From: Myxococcales bacterium
GTDB lineage: Bacteria > Myxococcota_A > Polyangia > Polyangiales > Polyangiaceae
Assembly: GCA_043747615.1 (NCBI GenBank)
Contig: JAYTOU010000064.1
Span: 31,996-95,995, forward strand
DNA length: 64,000 nucleotides
Direction: 5' to 3'
The stretch's first letter is position 1. Every line of letters begins with the position of its first letter. The notes beneath the pieces are model-generated. The model was not told the DNA's origin. It saw only the letters and a program-made list of their open reading frames with translations, and did not search any database. This document shows, piece after piece, positions 8,853-18,073 of this stretch. A program made the translations under genes and the position numbers.

Positions 8853-10121
8853 ATGTCTGGACGTATCGCTCCTCCCCTCGACCCCGTCACAGTCACGTTC
8901 GACGGCGAAAAAATCATCGCCGCCCGCGGCGAGCCACTTGCGTGCGCCCTGGTTGCCGCAAACAAAATCGTGCTCGCCCGCAGTCCGAAATTTCATCGCC
9001 CGCGTGGACCATCCTGCATGCGCTCGGCGTGCGACGGATGCCTCGCGCGGGTTGACGGCGCCCCGAACGTGATGACCTGCATGGTGCCCGCGCGCGAAGG
9101 GATGATCGTCAAATCGCAGAACACGCTGGGATCACGCGACGTCGACTTTTTGCGGGTGACCGATTGGTTCTTTCCGGAAGGGCTCAATCATCACGAGCTC
9201 TTCGCCGGGGTTCCTGGGGTGCAGCAGGTGATGCAGATCTTTGCGCGCCGCGTGGCTGGCCTTGGGCGCCTGCCTGACAAGGCGAGCGAGCCTCGCCTGG
9301 CAAAGCGGCGCAAGCTCGACGTGCTGGTGATCGGCTCCGGAGCTTCGGGCATGGCCATCGCCTCGGAGCTCGCAATGACAGGACGAGACGTAGAGGTCAT
9401 CGACGATGCTCTCGCGCCTGGGGGCTCGCTGCGCGCGCTCGGTCTAGGCGGGCAAAAATGGCGCCCCGTGACCGATCCCTTTACCGCCCATGTCACGCGC
9501 GGAGGCGTGAAGCTCCAGATGTCGACCACGGCCGGAGGCCTCTACGGAGACGACGTTCTCGTCGTTGGGCCCGAGGGCGCGGAGGTGGTGACGGCGCGCG
9601 CAGTAATCTTTGCGTCAGGCGCTCACGATGGAGCCTTGGCCTTCGAAGGAAATGATCTCCCGGGCGTGATGAGCGCGCGGGCCGGCGGATTTCTCCTCGC
9701 GCGCGGCGTCGTCGTCGGCACAAAAGTGGTCATCGCGATCGAAGAGGGCGGTGGTCCTTTCGGCGAGGCCTACGCCGCAGAAGCCGCGCGATCCGGCTTG
9801 AAATCCACGGTGACGCTCGTTCGCGGCGCACCAACGCGCGCCCGCGGGACCTCGCGGGTGAAGGGCGTCACGGTTGGCGAGGGCAAGAGCGCCAAGACGT
9901 TCGACGCCGATGCGCTCCTCGTCGATGCTCCTCGTGCGCCTGCGTATGAGCTGTGCGAACAAGCCGGCGCGAAGCTCGTTCATCGTCCGTTTGGCTTCGT
10001 CGCGCAGACCGAGAACGGCCGCATTCGGCCCGGCTTTTGGGCGGTCGGCGAAGTGCTCGGCACTCCCCTCGAAGTCGACGCCGTCCTCGACGAAGCCCGC
10101 CGCGTCGCTGCCGCGCTCTAG
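8853..10121 (+). CDS. 2Fe-2S plus FAD-dependent oxidoreductase (sarcosine oxidase alpha / HcnA-like N-terminal module)
   Basis: RSPKFHRPRGPSCMRSACDGCLARVDGAPNVMTC Fe-S motif, DVLVIGSGASG, FEGNDLPGVM. Confidence 0.85.
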   Translation: MSGRIAPPLDPVTVTFDGEKIIAARGEPLACALVAANKIVLARSPKFHRPRGPSCMRSACDGCLARVDGAPNVMTCMVPAREGMIVKSQNTLGSRDVDFLRVTDWFFPEGLNHHELFAGVPGVQQVMQIFARRVAGLGRLPDKASEPRLAKRRKLDVLVIGSGASGMAIASELAMTGRDVEVIDDALAPGGSLRALGLGGQKWRPVTDPFTAHVTRGGVKLQMSTTAGGLYGDDVLVVGPEGAEVVTARAVIFASGAHDGALAFEGNDLPGVMSARAGGFLLARGVVVGTKVVIAIEEGGGPFGEAYAAEAARSGLKSTVTLVRGAPTRARGTSRVKGVTVGEGKSAKTFDADALLVDAPRAPAYELCEQAGAKLVHRPFGFVAQTENGRIRPGFWAVGEVLGTPLEVDAVLDEARRVAAAL

Positions 10122-10124
10122 AAT

Positions 10125-10856
10125 CTAGTCGTCGACGAGAGCACCGAAGAGGGCGATTCCTCCGAGGATGCCGACCGCGTCGAACGTTCCCAGCAACATC
10201 AAGTAGTCACCGATTTCGGGAAAGCCGCCACCGAGAAATATTTCGCGGGTGGCTGCAACACCGCACACGAGCGTCGGTGAGAGAAGCGGAAAAAGCACGG
10301 TCGCGAGCACGAGATCGCGCGCCCGGGTACGCACGGTCATCGCGCCGAACAGGGTGCCCGTCGCCGCCACGCCGATGGTGCCGAGGACCAAGACCGCGGC
10401 GAGTGGTGCGGCTACGTCGGGGAGGTCGACGTGAAAGAGGAGCGCGACCACCGGCACCACGATGAGCTCGACGGCGGTCACGAACGCGAAGACGCCGATC
10501 GCTTTCCCGACGAAGAGAGAGGCCCGGGCAATGGGGGTGACGAGAATACCGAGCATCGCTCCGTCGTCACGCTCGCGCTGCCAGGTGCGTCCGAGCGCGA
10601 GGACGCTGGCGAAGGCCACTGACAGCCAGATCGCACCCGGGGCGATCCGGGTCGTCGTGGCGGCGCCCGTCGAGAAGGCAACCGAGGTCATGATGGCCAC
10701 GAGAGAAGCAAAAAAGCCTGCGGTGGTCACGATCTCGCCGGTCCGCAACTCGATGCGGAGGTCTTTGGCCGCGATGGTCCACGCGTCGCGCACGTACCCA
10801 CGGCCGCGCTTCGAGGCGGTAGGCAGAGAATTTCGTGCTTCCAACGCTGACGACAT
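10125..10856 (-). CDS. ccmB: Heme exporter membrane subunit CcmB
   Basis: KDLRIELRT, APGAIW, ERDDG, LFVGK, LFPLLSP; about 6 TM segments. Confidence 0.88.
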   Translation of the reverse strand: MSSALEARNSLPTASKRGRGYVRDAWTIAAKDLRIELRTGEIVTTAGFFASLVAIMTSVAFSTGAATTTRIAPGAIWLSVAFASVLALGRTWQRERDDGAMLGILVTPIARASLFVGKAIGVFAFVTAVELIVVPVVALLFHVDLPDVAAPLAAVLVLGTIGVAATGTLFGAMTVRTRARDLVLATVLFPLLSPTLVCGVAATREIFLGGGFPEIGDYLMLLGTFDAVGILGGIALFGALVDD

Positions 10857-10919
10857 CTTGACCCCGATCGCGGCCTCGGTAGGCTCGCCATACAGCGTAC
10901 CCAACGGAAGGCGACCGAA

Positions 10920-12029
10920 GTGAATTTGGTGTCGAAGGGTTCTCGTAAACCTCCAACGAAGCCGATCAAGGTCGCTGTACTCTACAACGTCGATTACGAG
11001 GACTCCTCGCCCGACGGGGATCCTGGCTATGCCGCTCGCGCCGATGTCGGCCTCGTCGCCCACGCGATCGCCGGGGAGCTCTCGGGCGATGGCAGGCACG
11101 AGGGAGTGCTCGTGCCAGTGGACGGAGATCTGGCCGCCCTTCGCGCGCGGATTGCCGAGATCGATCCGGACTGCGTGTTCAACTTGTGCGAGTCCCTTGC
11201 GGGCGATGCGCGTCTCGAGAGCGCCGTCCCCCTCGTTCTCGAGCTCCTCGACATTCCCTTCACGGGATCGCCGCCCGAAGCCCTCAGCGATGCACTCTAC
11301 AAGGATCGCGTGAAGCGTCGGCTTGAGCTAGCAGGGATTCCTACCCCGGCCGGGCGGGTTCTCCGCAGCGCTGCAGATCCGTGCGATTTGCCTTTTCCGC
11401 TGATCGTGAAGCCGGTCCGCGAAGACGGCTCCGTCGGCATTACCGCGAAGAGCGTGGTGGGAACGCAAGCGGCGCTCAAGCAAACGGTGGACGAGCTGGT
11501 GAAGACCTTCCGTCAGCCTTGCCTCGTCGAGCGCTACGTCGATGGGCGCGAGCTCAACGTCTCGCTGATCGGCTTCCCGGCGGCACGCGTTCTGCCTCTG
11601 TCGGAGATCGATTTTTCTGGCCTCCCTGCGGGCACTCCGCAAATCGTTTCCTACGACGCGAAGTGGCGGGCGGGCTCCGTCGAGGACGTGGGTACGCGTC
11701 CGGTCCTTCATCCCCAGCTGCCGCCCGGAGTGGCGGCCCGTGTACGAAAAGTCGCGGCGGATGCCTTCCGGGCCCTCGGTCTACGCGACTACGGTCGGGT
11801 GGACATTCGACTCGCGTCGAGCGGGACGCCCTTCGTCGTGGACGTGAATCCGAACTGCGATCTGTCGCGCAACGCAGGTATGGCGCGCGCGGCCTCGGCG
11901 GTGGGAATGGACTACGCGACGCTGGTGAAGCTCATCGTGCGCTACGCGCTGCGCCGGCGGCGGACGGGGACAAAGGAGGTTCGTGTTGCTCACCCATATC
12001 GAGCAGGTACATCGCGCGGGCCTGGTTGA
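10920..12029 (+). CDS. D-alanine--D-alanine ligase-family ATP-grasp protein
   Basis: VFNLCE, PFTGS, FPLIVKP..EDGSVGI, LVERYVDGRE, YDAKW, DYGRVDIR, DVNPNC. Confidence 0.88.
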   Translation: MNLVSKGSRKPPTKPIKVAVLYNVDYEDSSPDGDPGYAARADVGLVAHAIAGELSGDGRHEGVLVPVDGDLAALRARIAEIDPDCVFNLCESLAGDARLESAVPLVLELLDIPFTGSPPEALSDALYKDRVKRRLELAGIPTPAGRVLRSAADPCDLPFPLIVKPVREDGSVGITAKSVVGTQAALKQTVDELVKTFRQPCLVERYVDGRELNVSLIGFPAARVLPLSEIDFSGLPAGTPQIVSYDAKWRAGSVEDVGTRPVLHPQLPPGVAARVRKVAADAFRALGLRDYGRVDIRLASSGTPFVVDVNPNCDLSRNAGMARAASAVGMDYATLVKLIVRYALRRRRTGTKEVRVAHPYRAGTSRGPG

Positions 12030-12450
12030 CCTTCTGTCGCGGACCGCGGAGTTCACGCCCGAGGAGACGGCCGTCGCCATCGAGCTGATCGACGATGCCC
12101 TCGCGAAGCGAGGAGATTACCGCTTTTACGTGGATGCTGAGGGCGCCCGCGTCCGCGGATACATCTGTTTCGGTCCGGCTCCGATGACGGAAGGCACGTT
12201 TGATTTGTATTGGATCTGCGTCGACTCTTCGTTGAAGAAGAACGGCATCGGTCGGGCGCTCGTTCGAAAAATGGAAGAGGAGCTCCGGGGCTCGCGAGGG
12301 CGCCTCGTGCGCGTGGAGACGGAAGGGACGCCGGGGTACGAAGCGACGCGCGCGTTCTACGTTGCCCTCGGCTATGAAGTCCTCGCCACCATCCGCGGTT
12401 TTTACGCGGAGGGGCGAGATCTCGTTATTTTCGGTCGCTACCTCGTCTAG
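11983..12450 (+). CDS. GNAT-family N-acetyltransferase
   Basis: GYICFG, DLYWICV, KNGIGRAL acetyl-CoA motif, TRAFY..LGY. Confidence 0.88.
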   Translation: MLLTHIEQVHRAGLVDLLSRTAEFTPEETAVAIELIDDALAKRGDYRFYVDAEGARVRGYICFGPAPMTEGTFDLYWICVDSSLKKNGIGRALVRKMEEELRGSRGRLVRVETEGTPGYEATRAFYVALGYEVLATIRGFYAEGRDLVIFGRYLV

Positions 12451-12470
12451 GCGAACTTTCGCGGTGCAGG

Positions 12471-13256
12471 TCAGTTCTTGTCGCCGACGTGGTCGGCACG
12501 GTCACGCAGCTTGGCCGCGGCGAGCGCGCGCTGGGCCGGCGTGAGGATCGGCGTGGCGACTTCCGCGAGATGGATCATCCGGCCCGCGTGATCGCGGCCT
12601 ACCCTAGCGGGCGCGCCGTCCCCCGTGTGATCAGCGCGGAGGTCCTCGCGGATCTTCTGTTGCTGCGCCGGCGTGAGCTGAAGCTCCGCTCCCCACTTCG
12701 CCATGCGTCCGTCGTGATTGTGATGACCGTACTCTTTGCCTTCCTTGTCGTGACCCACGCCGTGCGGATGCTTCCCCTGAGTGGCACCGACGAGGGCGGC
12801 GCGCTGTGCGGGACCGAGGATCGTGTTGATGCGCTCGAGCGCGGTTCGATCGGCTGTTCGGGCGCTCGCCCAAGGAGCCTCCATGGCGTCGATCTGCGGC
12901 TTCATGGCCGCGCGATCCACGTTGCCACTCTCTACTTCCGTGGCGAGCGTGAGGAGCATCGTCTTGCGCGGCGTAATGCTGTCCGCCTTCGCCTTCGCGT
13001 GCCGCGCGTCCGCATCCTTGAAGAGCTGCTCGATCTCCGTACGCTGGCTTGCGGTCAGCGATACTTCGCCGAGCGCTTCGCCCACCGCTCTCATCGGGCC
13101 GTGACCTCTCGTGGTGATCGCAGCTTTGGCGACTGCTTGGCCCGCGTTGTCGGTGCTTGCATACGCGGCGCTCTCGACGCCGCCGCCGCATGCCATCGAT
13201 GCGATGGACATCAGGAGCGCACCGCAGATCGAATGAAGAGACGTGATTTTTTTCAT
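12471..13256 (-). CDS. Spy/CpxP-like (LTxxQ) periplasmic lipoprotein
   Basis: Lipobox SMAC; LTASQR, LGPAQR, LTPAQQ and LTPAQR motifs; His-rich linker; GGAGG RBS. Confidence 0.72.
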   Translation of the reverse strand: MKKITSLHSICGALLMSIASMACGGGVESAAYASTDNAGQAVAKAAITTRGHGPMRAVGEALGEVSLTASQRTEIEQLFKDADARHAKAKADSITPRKTMLLTLATEVESGNVDRAAMKPQIDAMEAPWASARTADRTALERINTILGPAQRAALVGATQGKHPHGVGHDKEGKEYGHHNHDGRMAKWGAELQLTPAQQQKIREDLRADHTGDGAPARVGRDHAGRMIHLAEVATPILTPAQRALAAAKLRDRADHVGDKN

Positions 13257-13315
13257 GGTCGTTGACCTCCACTGAGTCTGACGCGCAGACCCCCTGAAAC
13301 GCTCCCAAACCCAAG

Positions 13316-13330
13316 GTAAAGAAGCGTAAA
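13316..13330. promoter_or_regulatory. GTAAA-N5-GTAAA direct repeat (CpxR-type / OmpR-family operator)
   Basis: GTAAA GAAGC GTAAA in the divergent intergenic region, about 60 nt upstream of the Spy/CpxP-like gene. Confidence 0.6.
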
Positions 13331-13359
13331 TCCGGAGCGATTAAGTGTATTCTTGCGCG

Positions 13360-13836
13360 GTGCATCCCCACGCGAAGCTGATCGAGTCGTTCTATTCGGC
13401 CTTTCAAAAGCGGGACGGAGCCGCGATGGAGGCCTGCTACCACCCGGACATCCATTTCTCCGATCCGGTCTTTCCGGACCTTCGCGGCCCGCAGGCGGGA
13501 GGAATGTGGCGAATGCTCACGTCGAACAAAGCTTCGGACGCATCCATCGAGTTCCGCGACGTCGAGGCGAACGACACGACCGGCAAGGCGCACTGGGACG
13601 CGCGCTACACGTGGCCCCAAACGGGGCGGAAGATCCTCAACGAGATCGACGCCACCTTCGAGTTCAAGGACGGGAAAATCATCCGCCACGACGACCACTT
13701 TGATCTGTGGAAGTGGACGCGTATGGCTCTCGGCCCGGTCGGCTACGCGCTTGGCTGGAGCCCCATCGTGCGAAACAAGGTACGCAAGCTTGCCGGTGGA
13801 CGCCTCGATGCGTTCCTCGCTCTAGAACGCGCCTAA
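13360..13836 (+). CDS. NTF2/SnoaL-like (ketosteroid isomerase-like) protein
   Basis: FYSAFQKRDGAAMEACYHPDIHFSDPVF, WDARYTW, FKDGKIIRHDDHF. Confidence 0.85.
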   Translation: MHPHAKLIESFYSAFQKRDGAAMEACYHPDIHFSDPVFPDLRGPQAGGMWRMLTSNKASDASIEFRDVEANDTTGKAHWDARYTWPQTGRKILNEIDATFEFKDGKIIRHDDHFDLWKWTRMALGPVGYALGWSPIVRNKVRKLAGGRLDAFLALERA

Positions 13837-13842
13837 AGTCGG

Positions 13843-14349
13843 CTAGTAGCCTTTTTCTTTGAGGAACGTTTCGATGAACCTTGCCGCGGCGTTGTACGAA
13901 TCTTTCATGTCGCGGAGAATCACTTCCTCGACCAGGCCGCCGATCATGAAGATCTTCACTTCGACCCTCACCTTGGCGATACGCGCGATGCGCTTGTCGC
14001 CGAGCTTCTCCGTGTAGAGCTCGCCCGTGGTCTTCGTCTTGTCGGCCATGGTGCTTGGAATGGCCGTGAAAACGTACTTCTGGGTGCTGCGGTCGTAGGT
14101 GCCTTCTTCGAGGTAACTCAGCTTGTCGCCCATGGCCTTCTTCACCGGCCCGGGGACATTTCCGATCGGCGGGTCGACGTAGACCTTGCGATGGATCTTC
14201 TTGCCGTCGTCTTCCTGCGTGCACTTCCAGCCCGGGAACTTCAGGTGCTCGAGATAGAGCCGTCGATTGAACTCATCATCGAAGGTGCATTTTTCCCAGA
14301 ACGTTTTTTCGTCGCACTCGAACTCGTGGCGAATCGAAAAGTCAGCCAT
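13843..14349 (-). CDS. DUF2505-like (SRPBCC-type) protein
   Basis: 168 aa, VEVKIFMIGGLVE pattern typical of the family. Confidence 0.65.
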   Translation of the reverse strand: MADFSIRHEFECDEKTFWEKCTFDDEFNRRLYLEHLKFPGWKCTQEDDGKKIHRKVYVDPPIGNVPGPVKKAMGDKLSYLEEGTYDRSTQKYVFTAIPSTMADKTKTTGELYTEKLGDKRIARIAKVRVEVKIFMIGGLVEEVILRDMKDSYNAAARFIETFLKEKGY

Positions 14350-14357
14350 TTTCGCGC

Positions 14358-14984
14358 CTATTTTCCGGGGTTTCCAAAGATGAAAATACCGAGAGCGATG
14401 ACCGTCGACCAGATGCCCTTGGGGTGACCCTCGGCGCTCTGCACGACGTTGCGTGTCTTCAAAATCGTCTTCTCCATCTTGAAGACCTGCTCACGCTCGT
14501 TCCACGCCCGCTCGGGATCGAAATCAATTCCGAGCGTCGTTGCGAGCATCGTGGCCGCGAGATCTTCGGCGTACTCGCCCGCCTTTTTTGCCGTCTCGCC
14601 GTAGCTGTGGTGCTCCGACAGGTAGCCGTATTTTTCAGGGTCAGCCGGGCGCGCCAGACCGATCGATGCCGCGATGAGACGGTTCGGCTCGTTCGTATCT
14701 TGGCGCGCCATGACGCAATGAACGATCTGTCCGGGGCGAATGAGCTTCACCCCTTCCTTGCGGCTCATCTCTTTGCAGCGCGGAGGAAAAATCGAGCTCA
14801 CGGTGACGAGGTTTGCGATCTCCACGCCTGCGTCGCGCAGCGCGAGCTCGAACGACGAGAGGCGATCCTTGTGAACGCCGTGACCCGTCGTAAAAAAGAT
14901 CCCGGTGGGCACGAACATATCGTGCATCTCGGGGAATCCGTTTGCCCCAACGGGAACCGGACGCTTCTCTTTCTTCTTTGCCAT
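14358..14984 (-). CDS. Pyruvoyl-dependent arginine decarboxylase
   Basis: [21 protein letters not shown] with the Ser-Ser self-cleavage site, [23 protein letters not shown]. Confidence 0.9.
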   Translation of the reverse strand: MAKKKEKRPVPVGANGFPEMHDMFVPTGIFFTTGHGVHKDRLSSFELALRDAGVEIANLVTVSSIFPPRCKEMSRKEGVKLIRPGQIVHCVMARQDTNEPNRLIAASIGLARPADPEKYGYLSEHHSYGETAKKAGEYAEDLAATMLATTLGIDFDPERAWNEREQVFKMEKTILKTRNVVQSAEGHPKGIWSTVIALGIFIFGNPGK

Positions 14985-15015
14985 TCGAGCTCGCTCCTTC
15001 GCTGGCGATCGACGA

Positions 15016-15459
15016 TTACTTCTTCTTCTTGGCAGAGGGCTTGGCGGCAGCCTTTTTGGGCGCCACGGAAGCTTGCTTCACGGGAGCTGGCTTCTTGGGG
15101 GCTTTCACGCCCTTCGCAGCCTTCTCCACTGCACCATGGCGCTTGGCCGTCGACGAATAGAGGTCGAACAAGCGGGGAACGGGGAACTTGGAAAGGTGGG
15201 CACGGTAGCCGTCGTCCTTACTGCGCTTCTCCAGCTCGAGGATGGCGTCGATGAGCTTGACGCGCGTTCCGAACTTTTCTTTCACGGTGGTGAAGGTGTC
15301 GTGGAGGCGAAGGAGCTTGGCGTTCGAGACGTGCGCGAGACCTTTGTCTTTGTTGGTCTTGTTGACCCAAAGATCATCGGTTGCGAACTTCTCGACGGCG
15401 GAGACGAGCTTCTTCTTGTCGCCAAACTTTTCTTTGAGGAGGGCGAGCGGGCTTTTCAT
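15016..15459 (-). CDS. Small, very basic hypothetical protein with Ala/Lys/Pro-rich tail
   Basis: [13 protein letters not shown]...; tail [29 protein letters not shown]. Alternative TTG start at 15480. Confidence 0.75.
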   Translation of the reverse strand: MKSPLALLKEKFGDKKKLVSAVEKFATDDLWVNKTNKDKGLAHVSNAKLLRLHDTFTTVKEKFGTRVKLIDAILELEKRSKDDGYRAHLSKFPVPRLFDLYSSTAKRHGAVEKAAKGVKAPKKPAPVKQASVAPKKAAAKPSAKKKK

Positions 15460-15689
15460 GACGGATGCTTTCTTTGGCAAGGGTGCGCAAGATCACTTGC
15501 GCGGAAAAAGGGCCACGAGAACTATCAGGTCACGCGTGCATCTCGCAAGGGTAAGCTCGGGCGATGACTGGGCCTTTGCAGGCGGCTGGTCCGACGCGTC
15601 TTCGCCACCGCGGTTGCGCGCGATCCTCTCGCCGGTGCTTGCTTCGCGAACGTGCAATCGCTGGTAAGCCCTGGTAATCGTGACGCGAC

Positions 15690-17135
15690 ATGAGCTCGCC
15701 GCAGCGCGTCCGCTTCGCCCCCTCACCGACCGGTTACTTGCATATCGGCGGGGTGCGCACCGCTCTGTTCAACTGGCTTTGGGCTAGGAAAACCGGAGGC
15801 TCGTTCATTCTCCGCATCGAGGACACGGATCAAGAGCGCTCCACGAACGAGAGCCGCCAGGTCATCTTGGACTCGCTCAAGTGGCTCGGGATGGACTGGG
15901 ACGAAGGCCCCGAGGTGGGCGGCCCGAACGGCCCGTACGAGCAGATGGCGCGCCTCGCACTCTACAAAGAGTGGAGCGAAAAGCTCATCGCCGCGAAGAA
16001 GGCTTATCGCTGCTACTGCACGAAGGCCGCGCTCGATGCGCAGCGTGAAGCGCTCAAACAGAAGGACCCGAAGGCGAAATTTCAATACCCGGGTACGTGC
16101 CGCAACCGCACCGAGCAGCCTGATTTGCCTTACGTGGTGCGCTTTATCGTTCCGACCGACGGAGAAGTCACCTACGTCGACAAAGTCTTTGGCGAGGTGA
16201 AGACTCCCAACACCGCCCAGCAGGATTTCGTCCTTCTCCGCTCCGACGGGGTGCCGCTCTACAACTTCGGCGCTGTAGTCGACGACATCACGATGGGTGT
16301 GATGTTGGTTGCCCGCGGACGCGATCACATGGTGAATACGCCGCCGCAGATCATGCTCTACGAGGCGTTCGGAGCGCCCATTCCCGCGTTCGCGCATCTG
16401 CCGATGATGCTCGCGCCAAACGGGGAGAAGCTCTCGAAGCGCCACGGCGCCGTCAGCGTCACCGAATACAAGGATCAGGGGTACTCGCCGAACGCGGTGC
16501 TCAACTACCTTGCGCGTTTCGGTTGGTCGCACGGCGATCAAGAAGTCTTCTCGAGGGGCGAGCTCATCGAAGCGTTCAACTGGGAGGCCTGCGGACGCGG
16601 AGACGGGAAGTTCGACGCCAAGAAATTCTTGGCGATCAACCAAGAGCATTTGAAAAGCACCGTGCTCACGCCGGACGACGAGTACGTGACGAGAGTCCAG
16701 CCGTTTCTCGCGGCGCGTGGGCTCCCGGATGTCTCACCGGATGCCTTGAAAAAGGTTCTTCCGGCGATCCGCGAGCGCGCGCGGACGTTCATCGAGGCTG
16801 CCGACGTGCTCGACTATTTCTTCCGCGACGAGCCAGTGATGGACCCGAAAGCGGCCGCGAAGTTTCTCACCGCCGAGGCGCTCCCCCACCTTCGAGGAAT
16901 GCTCGAGGTCTTCGCCAGCGTCCAGGCTTGGGAGGAGACACCTCTTCATGATGCGCTCACCGCTTGGCTCCTCGAACGGAAGCTCGAGATGAAAGACGTC
17001 GCTCAATCCGCGCGCGTCGCGCTCAGCGGTAGAACCGCCACGCCGCAGCTCTTCGAAGTGCTCGCGATTCTCGGCAGAGAGGTCTCGCTGCGCCGTCTTC
17101 GGAAAGCGATCGAGCGCGCCGAGGGCGTGACGTAA
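15690..17135 (+). CDS. gltX: Glutamate--tRNA ligase
   Basis: RFAPSPTGYLHIGG, LRIEDTD, CYC, KLSKRHG. Confidence 0.97.
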   Translation: MSSPQRVRFAPSPTGYLHIGGVRTALFNWLWARKTGGSFILRIEDTDQERSTNESRQVILDSLKWLGMDWDEGPEVGGPNGPYEQMARLALYKEWSEKLIAAKKAYRCYCTKAALDAQREALKQKDPKAKFQYPGTCRNRTEQPDLPYVVRFIVPTDGEVTYVDKVFGEVKTPNTAQQDFVLLRSDGVPLYNFGAVVDDITMGVMLVARGRDHMVNTPPQIMLYEAFGAPIPAFAHLPMMLAPNGEKLSKRHGAVSVTEYKDQGYSPNAVLNYLARFGWSHGDQEVFSRGELIEAFNWEACGRGDGKFDAKKFLAINQEHLKSTVLTPDDEYVTRVQPFLAARGLPDVSPDALKKVLPAIRERARTFIEAADVLDYFFRDEPVMDPKAAAKFLTAEALPHLRGMLEVFASVQAWEETPLHDALTAWLLERKLEMKDVAQSARVALSGRTATPQLFEVLAILGREVSLRRLRKAIERAEGVT

Positions 17136-18073
17136 TGTTTCGTCCGACCGATCTGATCGCCCCCGACAATCCGAGCGGACTCGAGGCGATGATGCACCTG
17201 TTCAAGCCATTTTTCCCGATCCCCGCGCTGTTGGTGATCCTGCCAATCGTGTGGCTCTTCTTTCGCCAAACGTGGCGAGAGCTGGACGAGGACGCTCACC
17301 GCCATCGCGCAGAGGTGCTCGCGAGCGGCAAGATGGATCTCCGTCCGTTCGTCGGCCTCGTGCTCTGCGCGCTGATCCTGACGATGCAGGAGTACTACGG
17401 CGGCCGCACCTACTTCGAGGAAGGCATCCATCCGTCGCTCATCAAGTACGAGGCGCTTCATCCGGGCCGTCTGCGGCTTTGGAAGTACAACGAGCTCTAC
17501 GGCTTCGCATGGTGGGCGGCGACGCGCATTCTCGGCTACACCGTCGTGCCGTTCACGGTGTGGAAGATTGTCTTCCCGAAGGACTCGCTGCTCGACATGG
17601 GGCTGCGCACCAAGGGTTTCTTCAAGCACGCCTGGATCTACACGCTGTTCTTGGCCTGCGTACTTCCGGCCATGTGGATCGTCAGCCGCGAGCCTGATTT
17701 CGGGTCGTACTACCCATTTTACAAAGCGTCGTCGCGGAGCTGGTTCGATTTTCTCGCTTGGGAGGCGATGTACTTCGCGCAGTTCTTCGCGCTCGAGGTG
17801 TTCTTTCGCGGCTTCTGGCTCGGCATCCTCAGAAAGAGCTTCGGCTCCGGCGCCATCTTCGCGATGGCCGTCCCGTACTGCATGATCCACTACGGAAAGC
17901 CTTACTTGGAAGCGAACGGCGCGATCGTCGCCGGTATTGCGCTCGGCTCGTTGAGCATGAAGACGAAGAGCATCTACCAAGGCTTTCTCGTGCACATCAC
18001 GGTGGCCTTGTTGATGGACTGGCTCGCCCTGAGCCATCGCAACGGTCTGCCTACGTTGCTGTGGCCGCCGTAG
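17135..18073 (+). CDS. CPBP (Abi/CAAX) family intramembrane glutamic endopeptidase
   Basis: Multi-TM; LEVFFRG, YCMIHYGKP..E, GFLVH motifs; TAATG coupling to gltX. Confidence 0.85.
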   Translation: MFRPTDLIAPDNPSGLEAMMHLFKPFFPIPALLVILPIVWLFFRQTWRELDEDAHRHRAEVLASGKMDLRPFVGLVLCALILTMQEYYGGRTYFEEGIHPSLIKYEALHPGRLRLWKYNELYGFAWWAATRILGYTVVPFTVWKIVFPKDSLLDMGLRTKGFFKHAWIYTLFLACVLPAMWIVSREPDFGSYYPFYKASSRSWFDFLAWEAMYFAQFFALEVFFRGFWLGILRKSFGSGAIFAMAVPYCMIHYGKPYLEANGAIVAGIALGSLSMKTKSIYQGFLVHITVALLMDWLALSHRNGLPTLLWPP

